A stretch of DNA of 64,000 nt, taken from assembly GCA_900016865.1 (NCBI GenBank), contig FIZI01000008.1, forward strand, positions 5,425 through 69,424, read 5' to 3'. The DNA comes from an uncultured Clostridia bacterium. GTDB lineage: Bacteria; Bacillota; DTU014. Positions 8,574 to 18,084 of the stretch are shown piece by piece (within the stretch, counting starts at the first letter, position 1; each line of letters begins with the position of its first letter). The notes below the pieces were generated by a model. The model had not been told where the DNA came from. It saw only the letters and a list, made by a program, of their open reading frames with translations, and did no database searches. A program made the translations under genes and the position numbers.

Positions 8574-9791
8574 CTATTGGCTCTTCGAGGCGGTCACCAA
8601 CTCGTACGCGTCCATAGCGATCATAAGCTCCTCGTTTGTTGGGACGAGCAGGACTTTCACCTTGGAATCAGGCGTGCTTAGGATCTCTTCCTTCCCTTTG
8701 AGGCCGGTGTTCTTTTCAAGATCGAGCTTGACTCCAAGAACTTCGAGGCTTTCACATAAGTGCTGGCGAACGAGCCAGTCGTTTTCACCGATTCCTGCTG
8801 TGAACACCAACACGTCAAGCCCGCCCATGGCAACAAAGTATGCGCCTACGTACTTGGTCAACCTGTAGATAAACACGTCATAGGCATCTTTCGCTAGTTC
8901 ATTGCCTTCTTCGATAGCTCGCTGTATGTCTCTCATGTCGCTGCTGACTCCGGACATGCCGAGAAGGCCGCACTTCTTGTTCATGAAGTCATCGACCTCA
9001 GAGCTTGAGAGCCCAAGCTTCTGCTGGATGTATGGAACGATTGCAGGATCCATGTCTCCACAGCGAGTACCCATCACAAACCCTTCAAGAGGCGTGAAGC
9101 CCATGGAGGTATCAATGACCTTTCCGTCTTTGATAGCTGCAGCGCTGCTGCCATTGCCCAAATGCATGGTTATCATCTTTAGGCCTGACAGTGGCTTGCC
9201 CAGTATTTCTGCAGTCCTTCTTGAGACGTACTTGTGAGATGTGCCGTGGAATCCATACCTGCGCACTCCAAACTCGTCACAGAGTCTGCGAGGGACTGCG
9301 TACAGATACGCCCTCTTGGGCATGGTCTGGTGAAACGCTGTATCAAAGACTGCTACCTGCGGAATCCCTTCCATAAGTGTCATGCAAGACTCTATCCCCA
9401 TGATGTTTGCAGGCATGTGAAGGGGACCGAGGTCAATGAACGACTTTAGTGTCTCGAGGACTGCGTCGTCAACAACGACAGACTCTTTGAATGCGTCCTT
9501 ACCATGAAGAACGCGGTGGCCGACAGCTCCAATCTCATCGAGTGAGCGTATGACCCCGCGATCGCCATCGACCAATGTATTGATTACAAGTCTCAGGGCC
9601 ACTTTGTGATCAGGCATAGGCTGTTCAACCCGATACTCCTCCTGCCCTGGGACCTTGTGCACTAGCCTTCCATCTACATCGGCCAATCCTATCCGCTCAA
9701 CGAGCCCCGACGCTATCTCTGAATGCTGCTTCACATCGAACAGCTTGTACTTGAGAGACGAACTGCCGCTGTTCAAGACTAAGATCTTCAA
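8574..9791 (-). CDS. ackA: Acetate kinase
   Basis: MKILVLNSGSSSLKYKLFD... is the canonical acetate kinase N-terminus. 405 aa. TTG start with AGGAGG SD. Confidence 0.95.
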   Translation of the reverse strand: MKILVLNSGSSSLKYKLFDVKQHSEIASGLVERIGLADVDGRLVHKVPGQEEYRVEQPMPDHKVALRLVINTLVDGDRGVIRSLDEIGAVGHRVLHGKDAFKESVVVDDAVLETLKSFIDLGPLHMPANIMGIESCMTLMEGIPQVAVFDTAFHQTMPKRAYLYAVPRRLCDEFGVRRYGFHGTSHKYVSRRTAEILGKPLSGLKMITMHLGNGSSAAAIKDGKVIDTSMGFTPLEGFVMGTRCGDMDPAIVPYIQQKLGLSSSEVDDFMNKKCGLLGMSGVSSDMRDIQRAIEEGNELAKDAYDVFIYRLTKYVGAYFVAMGGLDVLVFTAGIGENDWLVRQHLCESLEVLGVKLDLEKNTGLKGKEEILSTPDSKVKVLLVPTNEELMIAMDAYELVTASKSQ

Positions 9792-10088
9792 ACCAATCTC
9801 CTCCTTGACCTATCCGCGACCTATCCACCAACGCTTAACAGTGACTAAGCCCATCGAGCCAATTGCCAATACAATGAAAGACGGAACTACCGCGGGTACC
9901 ATCTTTCATGGAGGTAAAAGGCCCAACTGATCTAGTTCAACCAGAAATGGAGAATCCCTTCTGTAAGGTTCAGTAAAGCACCTGCTTCAATCTCCTATTT
10001 CACGGATGAGAAATGCCTGCTGTTGGCTCAAGTCTTGCTTGTGTCTCAAGGCGAAACAACTCAGACACAGACATGAGGAGGGCTCGCC

Positions 10089-11003
10089 ATGAATGTGGCA
10101 GCGCTAGCATCTAGGAAGAGAGTGCCTCGGCCCTTTGTTGAGACAGCCAACCTTCCCTGGCACGATCCAGACTTCTCGAGGCGAGCGCTCAGAGAACAGC
10201 TCAATCAAAGCCACGACAGCGGCGCAAGATCTGAGCCGACCATAAAGAAGCATGTCCGGTTCATAGTCGAACAACTCAGGCTTAAGCCTGGAGACACAGT
10301 GCTCGACCTCACATGTGGGCCGGGGCTGTACGCCAAGCACCTCAGCGGTTTTGGCTGTTCTGTAGTAGGCATAGACATCTCTCCCGCGGCCATTGAGTAT
10401 GCACAGGGGCTCGCTATTCCGAATTGCGAGTTTATCCTTGGCGATGTCCGCACTGTTGATTACCCTGCAGGCGTCGACGGTGCACTGCTTGTTTACGGGG
10501 CCCTTAACACGTTTTCGCCTGAGGACGCACAACTAGTGCTCGCCAAGATCTCAAGGGCACTGAAGCCGTCAAAGCGGCTGGTACTGGAGCTCTGCAACAC
10601 ATCGTGTTTCTACGCTCACAATAAATCGGGCAACACGGTCCAGGGATGGTGGTGCTCTGACCAGGGCGATCTTTGGAGCGACGGCCCGTATGTGGCGCTC
10701 AAAGAGCGCTTCTACTACCCTGATGAGAAAATAGAGGTGACTAGATACTACATAATCTCCGAAGGCTCGCAGCGCATCAAAGAATACACAGAAACATGCG
10801 TCAGCTACGACATCCCTTCCATAACTGAGAAACTCCATAAAGCCGGGCTCCGTCTCGAGGCGGTCTACTCCAGCATGCTTCCTGAGCAGGCCGCCCAACA
10901 AACAGCGCACGACGGAGTGTTCCAGGTCATCATCGCGTCAAAATCGGCTGTGCCCGAGAGCGCCAGCAACAGTGAAGCAGCGGTCAATGAAGCTACGGCC
11001 TGA
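10089..11003 (+). CDS. Class I SAM-dependent methyltransferase
   Basis: Motif I VLDLTCGPGLYAKHL and downstream Rossmann motifs. GGAGGG SD. Confidence 0.85.
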   Translation: MNVAALASRKRVPRPFVETANLPWHDPDFSRRALREQLNQSHDSGARSEPTIKKHVRFIVEQLRLKPGDTVLDLTCGPGLYAKHLSGFGCSVVGIDISPAAIEYAQGLAIPNCEFILGDVRTVDYPAGVDGALLVYGALNTFSPEDAQLVLAKISRALKPSKRLVLELCNTSCFYAHNKSGNTVQGWWCSDQGDLWSDGPYVALKERFYYPDEKIEVTRYYIISEGSQRIKEYTETCVSYDIPSITEKLHKAGLRLEAVYSSMLPEQAAQQTAHDGVFQVIIASKSAVPESASNSEAAVNEATA

Positions 11004-11130
11004 ACGGCAGTTGGGCAATCGTCTGAGCTGTAGTCAGGCAACCGCCTGAATGATCGGATCAAGTGAGCCCAACACTAAGGTGTGAACGCGAGCTGAGCTT
11101 AAGCCCTAAAGATAGGAGAATCCGCATCTC

Positions 11131-11604
11131 ATGATCGTTGTGTATCACGACTACGGTGGCACTCACTCGACTGCGCTCGCAGCTGCCATACACCTCGGCA
11201 TAGTCGGAGGAGACGGCGCAACCTCTATCGATAGCCGATCCTTGCTGAGCAGGGTCCCCTACTTCGACCAAGTGCCCAACACCTGCAAAGGAACAGTCAT
11301 GCGAATCGGGCGGGATTCTGACGGCAACGAGGTGTTCATTCTCGGCCGTCGAGGAGACGCTGATCTGGCGATCAATACCGTGCTGAGCGCAGCTCGCTTG
11401 CTTGGCCGATGCGACTCGGACATCCTGTTTGTCGATGTGAGCAAGCGGATCAACCTACTCATGCGCATTGGAGGGTTCATCTCTAGAAGGCTCAACTTGA
11501 TCCCCATAGGCAGGCCGATAGTGACATATGGCACTCGCAAAGCATTTCCGAGCATCTCTCAGCTTGTCAAGAAGACCAAAAGAACTCTGGCCCAGCTCCA
11601 ATAG
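11131..11604 (+). CDS. DUF3189-family protein (Clostridia-associated, function unknown)
   Basis: N-terminus MIVVYHDYGGTHSTALAAAIHLGIV matches the conserved DUF3189 start (xIIYHCYGGxHSSxxAAAIHLG). Family assignment is from memory. Confidence 0.65.
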   Translation: MIVVYHDYGGTHSTALAAAIHLGIVGGDGATSIDSRSLLSRVPYFDQVPNTCKGTVMRIGRDSDGNEVFILGRRGDADLAINTVLSAARLLGRCDSDILFVDVSKRINLLMRIGGFISRRLNLIPIGRPIVTYGTRKAFPSISQLVKKTKRTLAQLQ

Positions 11605-11717
11605 TGGTAACTAGCCCAGGCGAGACGCAACACATCAATAAACAAACGCACGCATGGATGAAGTATGAAGGCGAACGCACGCGTGTGGCGGCTATGTTGT
11701 GTGAGTGCAGCTAATAG

Positions 11718-12125
11718 TCAACCCTCTGCACTCTCATCAACCATGAATCCCCATTGCACACCGAATCTATCGATAAACTGAACAGCGAGCGGGGTATACG
11801 GCAGAGCTTCCAGGGGGTCGATAGTGATGCTTCCTTCTTTCATCTTGTCATAACAAGAAAGCAAATCAGCTTCATCCTTGAACGTTACAATAAGATTAAC
11901 CGCAATGTCGGTCGAGGCATCCTTTTTGCCAAAGCGGTCATTGAGATAAACCTTTTGGCCGTGTATGTGCATTACGGCATGGGCGATTCTATCGTCATTT
12001 TCGCACTCTTTTAGAGCGTAGTCGCTATTGAGAACGATGCTGTCAGCCTTGACGTTGAAAGCTTTTTCGTAAAGCGAGATGGCTTCCTTGCACGAGCCGT
12101 CAAAGTGCAAGTGTGGTATTAGCAT
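11718..12125 (-). CDS. VOC (glyoxalase/bleomycin-resistance) superfamily protein, PhnB-like
   Basis: 135 aa. HxH...H metal-site pattern (PHLHFDG..HAVMHIHG). GAGGTGA SD. Confidence 0.75.
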   Translation of the reverse strand: MLIPHLHFDGSCKEAISLYEKAFNVKADSIVLNSDYALKECENDDRIAHAVMHIHGQKVYLNDRFGKKDASTDIAVNLIVTFKDEADLLSCYDKMKEGSITIDPLEALPYTPLAVQFIDRFGVQWGFMVDESAEG

Positions 12126-12352
12126 GATTCACTCACCTCACTAGACACATCCATGGTAACAATGCCTATTCTAGGGGGATTATAGCACATCGCCTGTCGG
12201 AGAACGAGGTGTCAGACACGTGGACGCATATGATCTCGATCCAGAAACCCCAAGGATGCCGCTCTCACATAGGGGCAACGCTCTTGTGCGCACATTGTGG
12301 CAACCACTCCCAAAGGTTGTACGTGCACGGTTTCTACGGTTTTCGAAAGATA

Positions 12353-12384
12353 TGTTACATGCGCGCGTCTCATTGTGGTATAAT
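12353..12384 (+). promoter_or_regulatory. Promoter with extended -10 (TTACAT-N18-TGTGGTATAAT) driving the FMN-riboswitch leader
   Basis: Seen directly: tatgTTACATgcgcgcgtctcatTGtgGTATAATcc, about 20 nt upstream of the riboswitch aptamer. Confidence 0.6.
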
Positions 12385-12404
12385 CCAAACAAAACTACAT
12401 AGAA

Positions 12405-12548
12405 GCTGACCTTCGGGGCTGGGTGAGGGCACATGCCCAATTCCCAACCGGTGGTGAAGTCTCATATAGAGAACGAGCCCATCAGCCCCAGCGATTGATC
12501 CGGTTAGAATCCGGAGCCGTCAGTATAGTCTGGATGGGAGAAGGTCGA
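12405..12548 (+). promoter_or_regulatory. FMN riboswitch (RFN element) aptamer
   Basis: Conserved RFN blocks are present. 5' side: TCGGGGCTGGGTGA, AATTCCCAACCGGTGGT, AGCCC. 3' side: GATCCGGTTAGAATCCGGAGCCGTCAGTATAGTCTGGATGGGAGAAGG. Near-identical to the B. subtilis ribD leader 3' block (..AGCCGACAGTGAAAGTCTGGATGGGAGAAGG). Confidence 0.85.
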
Positions 12549-12597
12549 GCGCATCGTAGGCGAGGGCTTACTCGCCTAATGGATAGCGATCTCGAAT

Positions 12598-12636
12598 GCC
12601 CTGGAGGAGACTAACTCCAGGGCTTCTTGTCATTTT
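12598..12636 (+). terminator. Riboswitch expression-platform intrinsic terminator (GCCCTGGAG..CTCCAGGGC + TTCTTGTCATTTT); transcriptional OFF attenuator
   Basis: 9-bp GC-rich stem followed by a T-rich tract. Lies between the aptamer and the RBS of the downstream transporter gene. Confidence 0.7.
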
Positions 12637-12689
12637 GTGCGGCAACCCTTTCACTCAGCCCTCGGTCACAGTCTAGGAGGGTCTTGCAG

Positions 12690-13277
12690 ATGACTGATCG
12701 ACTAAGGACGACTGTATTCCTGGCTCTCTCCATCGCGCTTGTAGCCTTGGGGACCATAGCCATTCGCATCGGGGTCCCAGCTACAGGAGGATACATGAAC
12801 CTCGGTGACTCCATGATATTTGTGACGGCGATAGTCTTTGGGCGCAAGTACGGCCTGGCAGCAGGAGGGCTTGGCTCTGCCCTAGCCGACATCCTGGGCG
12901 GCTACGCTACTTGGGCCCCTTGGACTCTGGTCATAAAGGGCATAGAAGGCTACCTGGCAGGTATGCTCTACGACACGGCGCGGTCTGAGACCCGGTCAAG
13001 AGCCGAGTCAGAAGCTCCATCGGCGGATGAGTCAAAAATCCGGACCGAAACCAAGTCGAACAACCGGCCGAGGATAGCCCATATACTCACAGCTACCTCT
13101 ATCGCGGGAGCGTGGATGGTAGCAGGGTACTTCATCGCAGGCACGATTCTCTACGGGTTTAATGGAGCAATAGCCGAGCTGCCGTTCAACCTTGTCCAAG
13201 CAGGCGGCAGCATAGCTATTGCGATAGTGCTTGCTCCGGCGATTCGTTCGCTTCAGACCTTTACTTCTTTCCAGTAA
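12690..13277 (+). CDS. ECF-transporter S-component-like membrane protein, predicted riboflavin transporter (RibU-like) by riboswitch context
   Basis: About 195 aa, 5-6 TM helices, small. TAGGAGGG SD 8 nt before the ATG at 12690 (track ORF starts further upstream at 12627). Sits directly downstream of the FMN riboswitch. Confidence 0.75.
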   Translation: MTDRLRTTVFLALSIALVALGTIAIRIGVPATGGYMNLGDSMIFVTAIVFGRKYGLAAGGLGSALADILGGYATWAPWTLVIKGIEGYLAGMLYDTARSETRSRAESEAPSADESKIRTETKSNNRPRIAHILTATSIAGAWMVAGYFIAGTILYGFNGAIAELPFNLVQAGGSIAIAIVLAPAIRSLQTFTSFQ

Positions 13278-14641
13278 CCTTTCCTGAATAACCACAAACA
13301 CGCCGAACCCCGGAAGAAGAGGTCTGTGATCATCCCTATCCAGGCACCCGCCAGGCCCAGGTTGGTGTACCTGACAAGGATGTACCCGACAGGCAGCCGG
13401 ATCAGCCAAAAGCCTGCGAGCGTGATGTAAAGCATCCGGCGGGTATCCCCGGCTGTGCGGAGCGAGTTGGACAGCACCATCGTGCAGGCAAGAGCCGGTT
13501 GAGATATGGCGACTATACGAAGGCATACCACACTCAGCCGGATCACTTCTTCATCCAGTATAAACAGCCTTGCGAAGAACTCGGGGACAGTGAACAAAAC
13601 CACTCCCAAAGCCCCCATGATGGCAACGGCGATCTGGAGAGCCCTGTACCCGAATCTCTCCGCCAGCTTGGGCTTGCCCGCACCCAGCCCCTGTCCAACC
13701 AATGCAGCTCCGGCCATACTGATTCCCCAGCCCGGCTGAAAGGAGATAGACTCCGTGTTGAGCGCAATCTGGTGGGCAGCTATAGCTGTAGTGCCTAGGG
13801 AAGCTACTAGGCGTGCAAACGCCAATTGAGCTCCTCTCATAAAGGCCATTTCAACAGCTGCAGGAATACCTACATTCATGATTCGGCGCATGAGCGGAAT
13901 ATCAAGAGAAGCGTCTCTGAGCCGTCCAAGGGTCAGCTTGAGCTTGCGCATCCCAAGCAATAACAACAGGATAGCGGCACCCAGCACTCGAGAGACACTG
14001 GTTGCTATGGCAGCCCCTGCTACACCGAGAGCAGGAGCGCCAAGGTTTCCATAGATCAAGACCCAGTTGAGAGCGATATTGACCAGGTTGACACCGCTGT
14101 TGATGATCATTGGTGTCCTGGTATCGCCTGCTCCCCTCAAACACCCGGTTAGGATCTGCATTACAAAGGTAGGCATGGCACCATACGCGATTATTCGCAG
14201 GTACACCGCACCATACTCGTGAGCCAGCCCTTCGGCACCCATGAAGTCCATAGCCTGCTCTGCAAACAAGGTGCCGGCGAGTGTCAGAAGTATCGCAAGT
14301 ACACTGCCGACCAGGAGGGATTGCACTACGACACGGTCCGCAGTTCTGTTGTCTCCTGCGCCGATGCTGCGAGCGACAAGTGCAGTAGACCCGGTACCTA
14401 TAGCCGCAAAGATAGTAAGTGCGAACATGAACACGTTGTTCCCAAGACTAGTCCCTGCGACAGCTGCGCCTCCCTCTGCGAGCCTGCCCACCATGGCCGT
14501 ATCGGCAAGCCCTACAAGCGTGTGCAGTAGCATTTCGAGTATCGCAGGGACAGACAGGACTAGGACGGTCCTCGTGATTTCGCGACTAGAAATCAGTCTC
14601 TCGTCTTTTTGAAATTGCTCCGCCAAAACGTCATTAGCCAT
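13253..14641 (-). CDS. MATE family efflux transporter
   Basis: 462 aa, 12 TM. N-terminal region ...ISSREITRTVLVLSVPAILEMLLHTLVGLADTAMVGRL is typical of MATE/NorM. 3' end overlaps the ECF-S gene by 25 bp (convergent). Confidence 0.88.
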   Translation of the reverse strand: MANDVLAEQFQKDERLISSREITRTVLVLSVPAILEMLLHTLVGLADTAMVGRLAEGGAAVAGTSLGNNVFMFALTIFAAIGTGSTALVARSIGAGDNRTADRVVVQSLLVGSVLAILLTLAGTLFAEQAMDFMGAEGLAHEYGAVYLRIIAYGAMPTFVMQILTGCLRGAGDTRTPMIINSGVNLVNIALNWVLIYGNLGAPALGVAGAAIATSVSRVLGAAILLLLLGMRKLKLTLGRLRDASLDIPLMRRIMNVGIPAAVEMAFMRGAQLAFARLVASLGTTAIAAHQIALNTESISFQPGWGISMAGAALVGQGLGAGKPKLAERFGYRALQIAVAIMGALGVVLFTVPEFFARLFILDEEVIRLSVVCLRIVAISQPALACTMVLSNSLRTAGDTRRMLYITLAGFWLIRLPVGYILVRYTNLGLAGAWIGMITDLFFRGSACLWLFRKGYWKEVKV

Positions 14642-14736
14642 TGCATGCTTCCTTTTCCAACAGTTGATCTCAATATCTTCGATGTTCAGCTATTCTAGCT
14701 TAGCCAGACCACCAATAGAGAACTAGAGAAACGCCA

Positions 14737-15387
14737 TCACCCTCCTAGCTCGATGAGGTCCTCAACCGACAGCTCGTCGATACTCGAGACTACCAAATCA
14801 GCTCCAGCAAGATGCCTACTAGAGCCTATGCCGACACACTTCATTCCGGCAGCTTTGGCAGCCGCGATCCCCGCAGCCGCGTCCTCTATGGCTACAGCGG
14901 CGGAAGCATCCACCTTCAAGGCATCTAGCGCCTTGAGGTAGACCTCAGGGTCCGGCTTGCTCTTTGTGATCTCGTTGCCGTCTACAACAGCGTCGAAAAG
15001 GTCAATGAGAGCGAGGTTCCTCAGAATAATACGTGCGTTCCTGCTAGCGGATGCTACTGCGAGCTTCTGTCCAGCCGCTTTGAGCTCCCTGATCAGCCGC
15101 TTTGCACCGGGCATGACGTCATCCGACGTGATTCCCTTAACGAACTCTTGGTAGTATTGGTTCTTGCGCTCCAGTATACGAGCTTTCTCTTGCTCTGTGA
15201 ACTGCCTGTCTTGATTCCGAATAATCACTTCGAGTGACGCCCGTCTGGTCAGCCCCTTTATCTGCTCACTCACACCTTCGGGGAGCCCGAAACCCTCCTC
15301 TGCTGCAACTCTCTGCCAGGAACGGAAGTGATGGTCTGTAGAATCAGTGATGACCCCATCTAGATCAAATACAACAGCTCTTAACAC
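14737..15387 (-). CDS. pgmB: HAD-superfamily hydrolase, beta-phosphoglucomutase family
   Basis: MLRAVVFDLDGVITDS..HHFRSW.. then ..ASASRN.., KSKPDPEVY and IEDAAAGIAAAKAAGM. Resembles Lactococcus beta-PGM throughout. GTG start. Confidence 0.75.
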   Translation of the reverse strand: MLRAVVFDLDGVITDSTDHHFRSWQRVAAEEGFGLPEGVSEQIKGLTRRASLEVIIRNQDRQFTEQEKARILERKNQYYQEFVKGITSDDVMPGAKRLIRELKAAGQKLAVASASRNARIILRNLALIDLFDAVVDGNEITKSKPDPEVYLKALDALKVDASAAVAIEDAAAGIAAAKAAGMKCVGIGSSRHLAGADLVVSSIDELSVEDLIELGG

Positions 15388-15477
15388 TCAGCACCCACCC
15401 ATAACAATCAACCAGCCGCTGAGAGACTCATGTGACTGCAGCTCTCAACGGCTATCCTATCGCTTGATTAGCCATTG

Positions 15478-18084
15478 TTAGCGAAAAATCCTGTTGAACG
15501 AAATATATCTGAGCCCCAACTCGACTACAAACACACCCAACGCGACTACGATGGCAATATGCCACACGTCCCAAAGCTGTGACGAATCGTATTTGCCGCG
15601 CCTAGTCACGTCGTCCACACCAGCGTACAGCCGTCCGCCTGTTGCATGCGACAGAATGGCTGCAAGATCCTCGTTTGGGGTAGAGGCGGAAAACTCATCG
15701 CCGTATGTTAGGGAGAAAAACGCGGTATGGCCTCTGACCGGCACTCCCAACTCTAGCAACTGAACCTGAAGCACATGCGCCCCGGTCTGCTCCAGAGTAA
15801 ATGTAGCCTCATACCTGCCGGGAGCCGATTGAACGAGCGGAACTTCCTGATTCGTCCCGCCAGGCGTCAGTAGCAGAGATCGCATCGACAAGTTGTTGAT
15901 GAATCTCCCTTCCTCGTCTACCGCGTCCACGACCACCTTGAGCCGGCCTTCTCTGATGTGAGTTGTGACCCCATAGGGAAAATCGGTTAGGTTGGATCTC
16001 ACCCATCTCATCAACTGCCTCCACAATACGGAGGCGCCTTCCCATGAAGCCCACTCGCTGCTCCAAATGCCGCCTATGTCGGATGTAAACGCTGCAGACT
16101 TGCCTGATCCAAACCTGGCCACAGCAAGCAGGGGATCACCGAGGTACTTGCCTCCCAACAAGACTTCTGCAAAAGGCTTAGCAGTTGTCGCGACATAGCC
16201 ATCGAGCATGGGCGCGGCACTCCAGTCAATGGTGTCAATGACGGGGCTGCTCGTGACGGGCACTGCACTGAAAGATTCCTCCACAACCGAGCTTCTGGCT
16301 ACTGATACTGTATCCTTGAGCACAATGGAAGGTATGTCAAATGGGTTGTCCGCAATGTAGTAGACCCCTCCAGTTTGGTAAGCGATTTCAGACAATAGAG
16401 CTGTGTTTGCTCCAGAACCTATGGCTACTGTAGACACTGATATGTCGAGGTCAACCGCGGTAGAAATGATATCATCCACGGATCCGGTGGTCTGCCCATC
16501 CGACAAGACGATCAGATGCCGAATATCGCGCTCAGAGTCTTTGATGATCTCAAGGGCCGCAGCCGTAGCTCTGGGCAGGTTTGTACCGCCGCTCGCCTGC
16601 AGTGACCTTATCAGCCGCTCCTTGCCCTCGCTCTGGCCGAGCTTTCCAAAAGGAACAACCCAGCTGTAGTCGGTGTCAAACGCCAAGAGCCCGAAGTCGT
16701 CCTCTGGATGAAGCATCTGCATGGCCTCTATTGCTGCTTCCTTGGCTATCTCCAGTTTAGAAACCCCCGCTCCCGATCCCATACTCCCGGAGCGGTCAAG
16801 AACTATGATCAGTGCTATGCGCCTGCTCAACTCCTGCCTGCGGACGTCGGATGTGACAGGCAGGACGTCTTCAAGAAGCGTGTTTCTGTATGTACCCATG
16901 CCGAAGCTGTGAGGCCCGCCAGCAACAACCAATCCCCCTCCAAGGTCCTCGACGTACGCCTTTAGAGACCTCATGAAGTTAAACCCAAGTTCGTATGCAG
17001 ACACATCGTTGATAAACACTGCGTCGTACTGCGCCAAGGCGAACGGCGAGCTGGGAAGCTCATGGTGGGGCACCTTGTCGACTTTGAAGCCTGATTCCGC
17101 AAGGATTTGTGTAACATAGTCGTCGCCGCCAGTCGTCGCCGAGTGGACAAACAAAACTGAAACCCCTTTCTTGACTAGGACAAACGATTCGGCTGCGTTA
17201 TTCTGCCTCAACCTGTCGTTGTGGGCGATCACCTCGACCTTGTAAGAAACCAGCCCCTCCTCAAATGCGACGTCGTGGTAGTCATACCTGCTGAGCCCCG
17301 GTGCAAGATTGACTTCGGTTTCACTGATTATTACACCGTCTCTATAGAGCCTGATCAAAGCCTCTGTTTCTTCCTGTGATTCGACGATCGCGCTTACCTG
17401 GTACGTCTCCATTTTGGAGACATATTCAGGCGCATTGAGATCTCGGACCAGCACCTCGTTGCTGTCTGAGTAGAGTGGGACGGCGTACACCTCGATGCCT
17501 CGCTCGATCAGCCGCCCGATTGAATCCTGGATCGACCCGTGAGTCTCGTTGAAGTCAGAAAAAATGACCAGACGATTGGCTCCATCAGAGGGCATCAACC
17601 CGACAGCCAGATCAGCGGCTGCTGCAAGCGCAGTACCCTCGTTCGTAGACAAGCCCGCAGTCAAAGCAGTGATATCTCTCGCAGGATTGGGTTCCAGCGG
17701 CTGTTCGATGGATACGTACCTGTCAACAAACATCAACCCGACTCTGTCACCCTGACCTAGCTGCTTCTGTGCCTCAGCAATGTACCTGCTTATGAGCATG
17801 TAATTGTCATCATCTATGCTCATGGACCTGTCAACTACAAAAAGCAGGTTTATCCGGTCAGTCGTCATCGGTACAGCAGGCCCGGCCAACGCCAACACTA
17901 CGAGAGACACAGCAACCGAGCGCAGCGCGAGAGTCCATATCAGCTTGTTCCTGCTCATGTTAGCGTATGAGCGTCTTGAGACAAACACTAGCAGGAACAA
18001 GATCAGCGGTATCAGCAATAACACGATGGGTCTTTGAACAACCACACCCGTGCCGGTAACCCGGCGTTCACCTCCACGAACCAC
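15478..18084 (-). CDS. Large membrane-anchored von Willebrand factor A (VWA) domain protein with a GATase1-like (ThuA/DUF1355-like) middle domain
   Basis: 868 aa. N-terminal TM (LLLIPLILFLLVFVSRR) and C-terminal TM. Two VWA MIDAS-like segments (FVVDRSMS..., IIVLDRSGSMGSG...SGGTNL...VLSDG). Middle segment GVSVLFVHSATTGGDDY...GGGLVVAGGPHSFG resembles a class-I amidotransferase-like fold. Start codon uncertain. Confidence 0.8.
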   Translation of the reverse strand: MVRGGERRVTGTGVVVQRPIVLLLIPLILFLLVFVSRRSYANMSRNKLIWTLALRSVAVSLVVLALAGPAVPMTTDRINLLFVVDRSMSIDDDNYMLISRYIAEAQKQLGQGDRVGLMFVDRYVSIEQPLEPNPARDITALTAGLSTNEGTALAAAADLAVGLMPSDGANRLVIFSDFNETHGSIQDSIGRLIERGIEVYAVPLYSDSNEVLVRDLNAPEYVSKMETYQVSAIVESQEETEALIRLYRDGVIISETEVNLAPGLSRYDYHDVAFEEGLVSYKVEVIAHNDRLRQNNAAESFVLVKKGVSVLFVHSATTGGDDYVTQILAESGFKVDKVPHHELPSSPFALAQYDAVFINDVSAYELGFNFMRSLKAYVEDLGGGLVVAGGPHSFGMGTYRNTLLEDVLPVTSDVRRQELSRRIALIIVLDRSGSMGSGAGVSKLEIAKEAAIEAMQMLHPEDDFGLLAFDTDYSWVVPFGKLGQSEGKERLIRSLQASGGTNLPRATAAALEIIKDSERDIRHLIVLSDGQTTGSVDDIISTAVDLDISVSTVAIGSGANTALLSEIAYQTGGVYYIADNPFDIPSIVLKDTVSVARSSVVEESFSAVPVTSSPVIDTIDWSAAPMLDGYVATTAKPFAEVLLGGKYLGDPLLAVARFGSGKSAAFTSDIGGIWSSEWASWEGASVLWRQLMRWVRSNLTDFPYGVTTHIREGRLKVVVDAVDEEGRFINNLSMRSLLLTPGGTNQEVPLVQSAPGRYEATFTLEQTGAHVLQVQLLELGVPVRGHTAFFSLTYGDEFSASTPNEDLAAILSHATGGRLYAGVDDVTRRGKYDSSQLWDVWHIAIVVALGVFVVELGLRYISFNRIFR

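Noticed and set aside
12180-12440. 86-aa minus-strand ORF and two small plus-strand ORFs in the VOC/riboswitch intergenic region
   Set aside because: The region is occupied by the promoter and FMN riboswitch leader. The ORFs lack SDs and have Cys/Arg-rich nonsense composition.
12405-12548. Initially considered a cobalamin riboswitch (GGTGAAG, GAATCC and GGGAGAAGG-like blocks) upstream of the ECF-S gene
   Set aside because: The block order and the AGTCTGGATGGGAGAAGG 3' end match the RFN/FMN element much better. No B12-box (GCCACTG) is present.
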